NCBI GenBank assembly: GCA_965197645.1 | Contig: OZ240219.1 | Coordinates: forward strand, 2,880,001-2,944,000 | DNA: 64,000 bases | Source: Dehalococcoidia bacterium | GTDB taxonomy: Bacteria > Chloroflexota > Dehalococcoidia > Plut-88900 | Direction: 5' to 3' | In this document: one piece after another, positions 40,488 to 47,936 of the stretch | Position numbering within the stretch: the first letter of the stretch is position 1 | Layout of the letters: the number at the start of each line of letters is the position of its first letter | The notes under the pieces: model-generated | What the model was told of the DNA's origin: nothing | What the model saw: the letters and a program-made list of their open reading frames with translations, nothing else | The model's database searches: none | Position numbers and translations under genes: made by a program

Positions 40488-41121
40488 CTCTCTGCCATTT
40501 CGCCGAAGGGGCTAAAGCTCCCGGTTCTTCGTCCATCTCCACGCCTATGCTCCTCAACAGCATCGTCCTTAGTGCCGGCGCCGTATCCATAATCGGAGTG
40601 GGTTGAGGGGCCAGGAGCCATCGCAGGACAACCTCGTGCAACGCCCCCAGCCACACGTGAGACACCAGCGCCGTATCAAGAGGCGGTACGGCTCCCGCAT
40701 CGACGGCCCTGTCCAGCTCCCTCTGAATGAACTGGGCGAACCGGTCTCGAATCGGCAGGAACTTCTTGTCCATCGCCCGTCCCTGCCCGACCACGTTGAT
40801 GAGCAGGATCTGGCCCAGCTTTCGTTGCCTGGAGAAGGTAAGCAGCAATGAGTCGATGGCGGAGGCTATCCGGTGCACCGGCCTGGTCTCCCCCTCGATG
40901 GAACGTTCCACCCTCCGTACCAGCTTGGCGCTGAGCTGGTCCAGCAGCCCGAACACCATCTTCTCCTTGCTGGGGAAGTGGAAGTAGAAGCTACCCTTGG
41001 AGGTACCCGACTGCTGGATAATCTCGTCGACGTTGGCGTTGTGGTAGCCCCGGCGAGCGATTAGCCCCGCGGCTGCATCCAGTATCCGGTCTCGCGCACT
41101 TCTCGATGTACTGTTCGCCAC
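40465..41121 (-). CDS. TetR/AcrR-family regulator heading the men cluster
   Basis: RDRILDAA...SKGSFYFHFPSKE HTH; overlaps the menF start. Confidence 0.93.
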   Translation of the reverse strand: MANSTSRSARDRILDAAAGLIARRGYHNANVDEIIQQSGTSKGSFYFHFPSKEKMVFGLLDQLSAKLVRRVERSIEGETRPVHRIASAIDSLLLTFSRQRKLGQILLINVVGQGRAMDKKFLPIRDRFAQFIQRELDRAVDAGAVPPLDTALVSHVWLGALHEVVLRWLLAPQPTPIMDTAPALRTMLLRSIGVEMDEEPGALAPSAKWQRDGDSDEG

Positions 41122-41137
41122 GAACTATCTCCTGTAG

Positions 41138-41246
41138 GACCATCCCCCTGGCCCCCTTCCTGGCCAGGAAGGGGGAACAAGATAAGAGTATTTCTGAGGG
41201 ACACCCTCAGACTCCCGGCAAAGGGACTTCGCCCCTCTGCACACCC
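41138..41246. repeat. Palindromic intergenic repeat family A, copy 1
   Basis: CCCCCTTCCTGGCCAGGAAGGGGG, CTGAGGGACACCCTCAG and GCCCCTCTGCACACCC; recurs at 43421 and 46284. Confidence 0.9.
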
Positions 41247-41398
41247 GGTAGGCTATCGGTCTATATGACCCCAGCCGCTAGCAAGTACCTGAGGAAGTTT
41301 GTCCCCCGGGGCGAAGAGTGGGAGCCGGAATCTATCTCCAAGCGTCTCGCTCAGGCTAGAACGAGGCGAGAGGGTTGAGGGTTGTTAATGGCACCAAT

Positions 41399-41412
41399 AG
41401 ACCGACCGGTCT
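41399..41412. promoter_or_regulatory. Putative TetR operator
   Basis: AGACCG-AC-CGGTCT palindrome just downstream of a minus-strand promoter. Confidence 0.65.
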
Positions 41413-41425
41413 GTTCAGTACCGAC

Positions 41426-41455
41426 AGTCTAATGGCGACGTACGGGAGGTGTCAA
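41426..41455 (-). promoter_or_regulatory. Putative sigma70 promoter for tetR-menFDH
   Basis: TTGACA-18 nt-TAGACT on the minus strand. Confidence 0.6.
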
Positions 41456-41470
41456 GACGAGGGAATACGA

Positions 41471-42070
41471 CTAACGGTTTCGGGCCCTGTCCGCCGCCTG
41501 CTCCAACGCCCCCCGGTCTATGCCCAGGTCCACGGCTTTGTCGATGTCTTCCCACACCCTCTCATCGATGGCCAATGAAGCGTAGGACAGCGCCCGGTTT
41601 GCGTAGGCGGCAGCGAGGTCGGGTTTCAGCCGTATAGCCTCATCGAAGTCCTTGTTGGCGGTCAGCGGTTCGTCCAGGTTGAGGAATACCAGGCCCCGGT
41701 TATTGTAGGCGTCGGCGTTTTGCGGGTCCAGGTTCACAGCCTGGCTGAAATCGTCGATGGCCCACCGGTACTGGCCCAGCCCGAACAGGGCCTTGCCCCG
41801 GTTTACGTATCCCTCGACGTATCTGGGGTCGAGGCGCAGAGCTTCGTCGTACTCCTCCAAAGCTCGTTCGTTGTGGCTGAGGCCGCTGTACGCAAGCCCT
41901 CGACTGTTGTAGGCCTCAGCGTACTTCGGGTCCAACCGGACCGCCTCGTCCAACTCGTCCAGCGCATCGTAGTACCGCTCCTGCTCCAGCAGTTCCTTCC
42001 CCCGAGCGTTGAACTCCTCGGCGGACCGAGTCTCGGCGCCTGCGGCTTCGTCGTGCTCTTGTGTCGTCAT
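41471..42070 (-). CDS. TPR-repeat protein
   Basis: 34-aa repeats (AEAYNSRG, ADAYNNRG, AAAYANRA); start trimmed to ATG 42070. Confidence 0.88.
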   Translation of the reverse strand: MTTQEHDEAAGAETRSAEEFNARGKELLEQERYYDALDELDEAVRLDPKYAEAYNSRGLAYSGLSHNERALEEYDEALRLDPRYVEGYVNRGKALFGLGQYRWAIDDFSQAVNLDPQNADAYNNRGLVFLNLDEPLTANKDFDEAIRLKPDLAAAYANRALSYASLAIDERVWEDIDKAVDLGIDRGALEQAADRARNR

Positions 42071-42093
42071 ATATGCCAGTTGGTGAAACCCGC

Positions 42094-43326
42094 CTAGGCC
42101 ACCCCTTCTTCTTCTAAGGCACGCACCTGCTCCTCCGAGTAGCCCAGAATCTCGTTCAGCACCTCTGCGGTGTGCTGGCCCAGAACGGGGGCAGCCGTTA
42201 TCTCCGTCGGCGAGTCGGACAGCTTTATCGGAGACCCTATCATCTTCCATTCCCCGCGGTCCGGGTGCTCCATCGTCGCCAGCATCCCCCGAGCCTCGAC
42301 GTGGGGGTCCGAAAACAGGTCCTTACCGTTCAACACGGCGCCTGCCACCACCCCCTGGGAAGCCAGGGTGTTCATCACCTCGTACTTGGTGTGCTGGAGG
42401 GTCCACTTCTCGACCAGTGCGTCCACCTCGTCCTTGCGCTGGAACCGCAGCTCGGCCGTGGCGTACCTTTCGTCTCCTATCAGGTCCTCCCGGCCCATGA
42501 TCTTCAGCAGTTGGTTCCAGGAGTCGGAGATGCTCTCGGTGGCGTAGACGTAGCAGTAATCGTCGAGTCCGCCGGGTTTGCAGCGGTACATCCGCGAGGG
42601 AGCGGCGCCCCAGCCATCGTGTCCCTTTCTGGCGACCCCATCCGGGTCGTGGTAGTACCACATCAGCGCTACCCGGCTGAAGTTGAACACCGAGTCCTGC
42701 ATCGCAACCTCCACCACCTGTCCTTTGCCCGTCCGCTCCCTCTGCAGCAGCGCCGCCGTCACACCCAGCGCGGCGTGATACCCGGTGCCGATGTCACCAA
42801 TCGAGGTGCCGTTGGGCATCGGCGGCTGGTCCGGCTCACCGTTGGTGGCGTAGGACCCTCCCGTGGCCTGGGCTATCATGTCGAAGCTCTTGTATCCGCT
42901 GTAAGGGCCCCAGGTACCGAACCCTTTGACCCGACCCAGGACTATTCGAGGGTTGATTTCCGATAGGACCTCGTACCCCAAACCCAGCCTCTCCAGCGTG
43001 CCCGGCCCCTGGTTCTCCGCGACTACGTCAGCGTTTTTCACGAGATCGAAGAATATCTTCTTGCCCTTCTCCGTCTTGAGGTTGAGGGTGATGCTCCGCT
43101 TGTTGGAGTTGAGGATCATGAAGTAAGGGCTGTCGATGTCCGGCTTATCTTGGGTCGCCACTCGACCCGGGTCTCCCCGTCCGGGCGACTCCACCTTAAT
43201 CACGTCGGCGCCCAGCCACGCTAACGCCTGGGTAAAGGATGTCCCCGCCTCCCACTGGGTCAGGTCTATGACCCTTATGCCCGATAACGCCTTCCCTGCC
43301 TGTTCCATGCCCTTCTCCCTTCTCAT
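42094..43326 (-). CDS. Class III CoA-transferase (CaiB/Frc family); true start may be 43308
   Basis: LAWLGADVIKVE, NSNKRSITLNLK and APVLGQHT motifs. Confidence 0.93.
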   Translation of the reverse strand: MRREKGMEQAGKALSGIRVIDLTQWEAGTSFTQALAWLGADVIKVESPGRGDPGRVATQDKPDIDSPYFMILNSNKRSITLNLKTEKGKKIFFDLVKNADVVAENQGPGTLERLGLGYEVLSEINPRIVLGRVKGFGTWGPYSGYKSFDMIAQATGGSYATNGEPDQPPMPNGTSIGDIGTGYHAALGVTAALLQRERTGKGQVVEVAMQDSVFNFSRVALMWYYHDPDGVARKGHDGWGAAPSRMYRCKPGGLDDYCYVYATESISDSWNQLLKIMGREDLIGDERYATAELRFQRKDEVDALVEKWTLQHTKYEVMNTLASQGVVAGAVLNGKDLFSDPHVEARGMLATMEHPDRGEWKMIGSPIKLSDSPTEITAAPVLGQHTAEVLNEILGYSEEQVRALEEEGVA

Positions 43327-43420
43327 CGAATAGCGTTCTCGATGCCCGACTCGCAGGTTGTCAGATTATCAAAACTCGTTACCACACACAACCGGGGTTA
43401 ATCAGGGTACTGAAAAACCT

Positions 43421-43560
43421 TTCGCGACCATCCCCCTTAGCCCCCATCCTGGCCAGGAAGGGGGCAGAAGTAAAGATTGTTTCTGAGGGACACCCCTTCG
43501 GCTGGCTCAGGGCAGGCTCTCAGGCTCCCGGCAAAAGGGCTTCGCCCCTCTGCACACCCC
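43421..43560. repeat. Repeat family A, copy 2, with an inserted CTTCGGCTGGCTCAGGGCAGGCT module
   Basis: Aligns with 41138-41246 apart from the insertion inside the GGGACACCC hairpin. Confidence 0.88.
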
Positions 43561-43743
43561 AACCGAGAGATGCGCTGGCTGCACGGGCCCACGCGTGCTC
43601 TGCAGCGCTAGGGGCCTGCGGGCCTGGTCGTGAATTGACGGTGTAGGTGGGCAAAACTACAATGGGCTCAACGTCGTCATCAGCATAAATGCCTTGATTA
43701 TCCCGTAGGGTGGCATCGTTATTCTTTGGGGGCCGCATAGAAA

Positions 43744-44046
43744 ATGGAACTGATAACGATTGCCGGACTACTCGCGAACGCATCGTGGGCTGTGAGCAAC
43801 GCGGTGGACTTGGCCGGCAAGATTCGTAAACGCGGCAAGGGTAAGGCCGACCTGGCCGAGCGCGTCCAGGAACTAGAGCAGGACGCCCAAGCCACGGCTG
43901 ATCTGATGGCTCAAAACGCCCAAACGATCAATGCGCTGGCAGTCCGGCTCGACGCCACGTACCGCAGGGTCAGGATGCTCACCGCAGCCACCGGCGTCTT
44001 GGCCCTTACAGCGATAGCCGCACTCGTGACGGCAGTGATCCTGTGA
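43744..44046 (+). CDS. Hypothetical coiled-coil protein with C-terminal TM helix
   Basis: 100-aa ORF with heptad-like middle and hydrophobic tail. Confidence 0.55.
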   Translation: MELITIAGLLANASWAVSNAVDLAGKIRKRGKGKADLAERVQELEQDAQATADLMAQNAQTINALAVRLDATYRRVRMLTAATGVLALTAIAALVTAVIL

Positions 44047-44159
44047 TGGAATTTTGCGATGAGCGGCATGCTTCAAGAGGGTGGCACTACAGTGGTCCCG
44101 AACTCTACATGGATGCAAGAGAGCAAACCATGAAAGGACCTGCTGCGTAAGGAGTAGCG

Positions 44160-44375
44160 ATGTCGGAACCGAATGAAATAACCGCCGCTAAGATCATGGC
44201 TGCGGCGTCGATGGCCTCTACTTTCTTGACCATTTCGACGGTTGAGGGCATGTCCATGACGGGTAGTGACGGTAAGCGCATTAAGACATTCGATATGCAG
44301 TTCGCCCTGGACCTCTTTTATAGGGCGTACCAAGGGGTATCTCAAATCGTTGATCAAGAGGAACCGGGCGAATGA
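44160..44375 (+). CDS. Hypothetical 71-aa protein
   Basis: AAGGAG RBS and ATG; fills the intergenic space. Confidence 0.55.
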   Translation: MSEPNEITAAKIMAAASMASTFLTISTVEGMSMTGSDGKRIKTFDMQFALDLFYRAYQGVSQIVDQEEPGE

Positions 44376-44540
44376 ACCACTCCACCAGACAACCCAACCC
44401 CGGCTCCTGGGAGCTAACCATAGACCTAGTGAGCAACCCTTCGGCAAAAGCGGGGCACCAGCCGGACAGCAGTAGTGGGAGGTAAGTGATGGCACAACTG
44501 GATTTCCAGGCGTCGGAGGAGGGCTCCTCAACTCCTTCGA
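44373..44540 (+). repeat. Degenerate direct-repeat copy of 45043-45219 (LLM promoter, RBS and first codons)
   Basis: TGAACCACTCC.CCAGA.AACCCAACCCGGCTCC and GGGAGGTAAGTGATGGCACA.CTGGATTT shared. Confidence 0.85.
44486..44540 (+). pseudogene. Frameshifted 5' remnant of the LLM gene at 45164
   Basis: MMAQLDFQASEEG versus MMAHLDFAASEEG; a 1-nt deletion after GAGGGCT, then similarity is lost. Confidence 0.7.
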
Positions 44541-44614
44541 CTGGCGCGGCTGTCCCTAAAACCGGGAGGTGGAGCTACGGGCCCGGAAGGGGGGAGAAAA
44601 GAGAAAGTCAAGCC

Positions 44615-44755
44615 ATGAAATGCCCGTACTGCGAGCACGAGATCACTGAGTTCGCGTCCGAGTACAGTTATGCCCAAGCGGAAATCATCGTGGTCGTGAT
44701 GTGCCCGCACTGTAGAAAAATCCTCGGCATCGTCAACCATGACTGCGAGGACTAG
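44615..44755 (+). CDS. 46-aa Zn-ribbon microprotein
   Basis: MKCPYC...CPHCRKILG; purine-rich upstream sequence. Confidence 0.65.
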   Translation: MKCPYCEHEITEFASEYSYAQAEIIVVVMCPHCRKILGIVNHDCED

Positions 44756-44784
44756 AGCGGTGTGGAATTCACCATGAAAGGTGA

Positions 44785-45045
44785 GTGAGGCCGGCCGTGA
44801 GGGGCGGAATATCGGCGGTGGAATTCTGGGTCTACGAGAACTGCCCGACCAACAAGGCAATGGTCCACGAGGCATCTTGTCCGCATTGCAATCATGGGCG
44901 AGGCGTTCGCGGCGTGCAAGACTCGCCTAACGGCATATGGCACGGCCCCTTCTCCGGGGCCAGGGAAGCTAGCGACATGGCCAGCAGGACGGGCCGCCGG
45001 ACGGTTCGAGGCTGTAAGCACTGTATGGAAACCTACGTACTGTGA
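44785..45045 (+). CDS. Small Cys/His-rich putative metal-binding protein (start may be GTG 44818)
   Basis: H..SCPHCNHG...WHGPF...CKHC. Confidence 0.6.
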   Translation: MRPAVRGGISAVEFWVYENCPTNKAMVHEASCPHCNHGRGVRGVQDSPNGIWHGPFSGAREASDMASRTGRRTVRGCKHCMETYVL

Positions 45046-45163
45046 ACCACTCCTCCAGAAAACCCAACCCGGCTCCCGGGAGCTTATAATAGACTTGGCA
45101 GTACTCTCTCGGAAAACACAATCGGCGTGTGGGTCAGAACCGGACGGCAGTAATGGGAGGTAA

Positions 45164-46267
45164 GTGATGGCACACCTGGATTTTGCAGCGTCGGAAGAGG
45201 GCTTTTTCAACTTCTTCGATGATGTTCCCGAGGCCGCGGACCGATACGATGCTCTGATCCGCGAGATACAGCTGGAGGATGAGCTAGGGTTCAAGTACCA
45301 CTTCACCATCGAGCATCAGAACGTCTATTTCGGCCAGATTCAGTCTCCCATGGTCTGGCTGGCCGCCCTGGCCAGGCATACCAGCAAGATAAGGTTCGCC
45401 CAGATGGTGCTGGCCACCCCCTTCTATCATCCCATGCACTTCGCCATGGATGCGGCCATGGTCGACCAACTATCTAGAGGCCGGCTGGAGGTTGGGGTGG
45501 GCCTGGGAGCGTATGAGTACGAGGCGGACCGGTGGAACCTGCCCTACTCCGAGCGGCGAGAGAGGTTCCCCGAGTTCATGGAGATTGTGAAGAAGGCGTG
45601 GACCCAGGAATGCGTCAACCACGATGGGAAATACTGGCAGTTGCACAATGCCATCGCCGTGCCGAGACCTTACCAGAAACCCCACCCGCCTCTATGGTTC
45701 GCGGGCCGCAGCAGGGCCTCGCTGGAGTGGGCCGCCGCCAACAATGCCAATCTCGGCTACTTCCTGGAGCCCGACGAAAAGATAGCCAAGGTGTTCCAGG
45801 AGTACAGAGATATCTGCAGGGAAGCCGGACATACCGATGAGACCATGCCGTTGAACTACATGTTCCGGGCCGTCTACGTCGCTGATACGGACGAGCAGGC
45901 ATACGAGGAGGTTGCTCCCTATCTGCCGAAGGCCTACTCCTGGGGCCAGGAGAAGTACCCCTGGATGGAGAACCTTGGAAACTTTCAAAGGGAGAAGGGA
46001 CAACCGAGCGGCTATATGTTCAGAGGTTCCAAGACGGGAATCGATTTCTGGCTGGACAATAACATCGCCTACGTGGGCAGCCCGGAGACGGTCATTCAGC
46101 GGATCAGAGAATCACAGACACTCGTGGGATACAACGTCTTCGGGGCCAGGTTCCGGTTCGGAGCAATGTCCGATGAGAAGGTGTTGAACTCCCTGCGGCT
46201 GTTCGGGGAAGAGGTCATGCCGGCCTTTTCCCGGGCACCGGAACCCGTCCCGGTCGCCAACGGCTAG
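45164..46267 (+). CDS. Luciferase-like flavin monooxygenase (LLM)
   Basis: IEHQ, AMVDQLSRGRLE and PRPYQKPHPP motifs. Confidence 0.92.
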   Translation: MMAHLDFAASEEGFFNFFDDVPEAADRYDALIREIQLEDELGFKYHFTIEHQNVYFGQIQSPMVWLAALARHTSKIRFAQMVLATPFYHPMHFAMDAAMVDQLSRGRLEVGVGLGAYEYEADRWNLPYSERRERFPEFMEIVKKAWTQECVNHDGKYWQLHNAIAVPRPYQKPHPPLWFAGRSRASLEWAAANNANLGYFLEPDEKIAKVFQEYRDICREAGHTDETMPLNYMFRAVYVADTDEQAYEEVAPYLPKAYSWGQEKYPWMENLGNFQREKGQPSGYMFRGSKTGIDFWLDNNIAYVGSPETVIQRIRESQTLVGYNVFGARFRFGAMSDEKVLNSLRLFGEEVMPAFSRAPEPVPVANG

Positions 46268-46283
46268 CAGCGGGCTAGACCCA

Positions 46284-46420
46284 TTTCGCGACCATCCCCC
46301 TGGCCCCCTTCCTGGCCAGGAAGGGGGGAAAGATTAAGATAGTTTCTGAGGGACACCCTCAGACTCCCGGCCCCCAGCAGGCAGTCTCAGAAGAATTTGC
46401 TCCGCCCCTCTGCACACCCC
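46284..46420. repeat. Repeat family A, copy 3
   Basis: TTTCGCGACCATCCCCC...CTGAGGGACACCCTCAG...CCCCTCTGCACACCCC. Confidence 0.9.
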
Positions 46421-46555
46421 TTGTTCCATCCCCGGTACGATTAGCCCCTACCCCTTTCCGGTCTGTACGAATTTGGGGGGCGGGGAGCCGCCGGATGCAA
46501 TCCGGGGTGGGCGGGAGGGGAAAACCACCTGGAGTGGGGGACCCAACTGTACGGC

Positions 46556-46601
46556 CTGGCTAGATTGCCACGCCCCGACTTCGTCGGGTCTCGCAATGAC
46601 G
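46556..46601. repeat. Repeat family C, copy 1 (46 bp identical to 50937-50982)
   Basis: CTGGCTAGATTGCCACGCCCCGACTTCGTCGGGTCTCGCAATGACG, followed by GTCGTTGCGAG. Confidence 0.9.
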
Positions 46602-46662
46602 AGGCCGTCGTTGCGAGTGACGGGGGAGTTCGCTCTGATAGAGGTCGAGGTGAGCGAAGCCT

Positions 46663-47088
46663 CTATTCCCCCAACATCACACTATCGACCTCCAGATCCT
46701 CGTGCCGCCCGCCCGGCGCCCAGCCTACGATGATCGCCCTCAGAGGTTCGTCGCTGGTCACCCGCATGGCGTGGGACATGTTGGGAGGGCAATAAGTTAC
46801 CGTTCCGGCTTCCGCCATAAAGGTCTCGTCTCCCCACTCGCATTCGGCCGTTCCGCTCAAGATGATGTAGGTCTCCGGCCTAGGGTGCGCGTGGGCGCCG
46901 TAGTTGGTACCCGGATCCAACATGAAACCCGCCACTGAGAGGTCCTTGTCCTGTATCTCCCCGTCCGGGCCGATGATCGACTTCACGTACATCCCATCCA
47001 ACAACGATTGGGGATAGTTGCTGTACGAAGGCATCTTGGCTAGCTCGTAACCATTGACGTAGTACTTTCCCTTCTTATCATTTGCCAT
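46663..47088 (-). CDS. Cupin protein, DMSP lyase (DddK/W/Q)-like motif
   Basis: HAHPRPETYIILSG...PPNMSHAM; AGGAG RBS. Confidence 0.75.
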   Translation of the reverse strand: MANDKKGKYYVNGYELAKMPSYSNYPQSLLDGMYVKSIIGPDGEIQDKDLSVAGFMLDPGTNYGAHAHPRPETYIILSGTAECEWGDETFMAEAGTVTYCPPNMSHAMRVTSDEPLRAIIVGWAPGGRHEDLEVDSVMLGE

Positions 47089-47126
47089 GATTAGACTCCT
47101 TTACGATTGCTGCCGTCTCGCGCTCT

Positions 47127-47936
47127 CTACTCCCCCTGGCATCGAGGGCAAAAATAGGTGCCCCTGCCCCTTACCACGATCCTCTGGATCTGCGTACTGC
47201 ACCTGGAGCAGCTCTCTCCCGCCGTCCGGGGCACAATGAACACCTCATTCCCCAGGGCCTCAGTGGGCGGAACATCCGGCGGAAGGTCCACGCTCAGCTT
47301 TTCGATGGCATCGCTGAGGATCTTCCGAATCGAACCGTGAACAGCCTCAATCTCCCCTTTGTCCAGGTCTCTGCCCGGCCTCAATGGGTGTATCCCCGTA
47401 TCGAACAGGATGTCGTCGGCGTAGATGTTGCCGATGCCCGCTATAAGGTTCTGCTCCAGCAGCAGCGCCTTCATGGGAGCGCTTCTCCCGGCCAGAATTT
47501 CAGCTAGGACGTTTGGCCTGAAGCTCTCCTCCAGAGGCTCCGGGCCCAGTTTGCCCACCACCGAGTCCACGTTGGAGACCAGCCACATCGCTCCGAACTT
47601 ACGGGGATCGACAAACCGCAGCTGGCGCCGGTTGTCCAGCTGAAAAATCGTCTGGGTGTACCGGTTCATCTCCTCGTTGTCCGGCACCACCCGCAACGAT
47701 CCGGTCATCCGCAGGTGGACCAGCAGCGTGTCTTCTCCGTCGAGATGGAACAGGAAGTACTTAGCCCGACGCCCTATGCCCTCGATTTTCGCCCCCGGTA
47801 GGGCCTCCTGGAACTCCCCGGCCGATGGTTCCTTGACCGCATTGGGCCAGTTGAGGGTCACAACGGTGAAAACACGTCCGACAAGGTCAGGCTCTATCTT
47901 TCGTCTCATCGCCTCAACGTCGGGCAGCTCGGGCAT
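47127..47936 (-). CDS. mutM: Formamidopyrimidine-DNA glycosylase
   Basis: MPELPDV, HLRMTG, GIGNIYAD and C-terminal Zn finger. Confidence 0.97.
   Translation of the reverse strand: MPELPDVEAMRRKIEPDLVGRVFTVVTLNWPNAVKEPSAGEFQEALPGAKIEGIGRRAKYFLFHLDGEDTLLVHLRMTGSLRVVPDNEEMNRYTQTIFQLDNRRQLRFVDPRKFGAMWLVSNVDSVVGKLGPEPLEESFRPNVLAEILAGRSAPMKALLLEQNLIAGIGNIYADDILFDTGIHPLRPGRDLDKGEIEAVHGSIRKILSDAIEKLSVDLPPDVPPTEALGNEVFIVPRTAGESCSRCSTQIQRIVVRGRGTYFCPRCQGE

Noticed and set aside
44486-44755. 89-aa ORF as a single genuine gene
   Set aside because: It is a chimera of the frameshifted LLM remnant and a separate Zn-ribbon ORF starting at ATG 44615.
41138-46420. CRISPR array interpretation of the palindromic repeats
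   Set aside because: Copies are kilobases apart, variable in length, have no regular spacers, and no cas genes are present.
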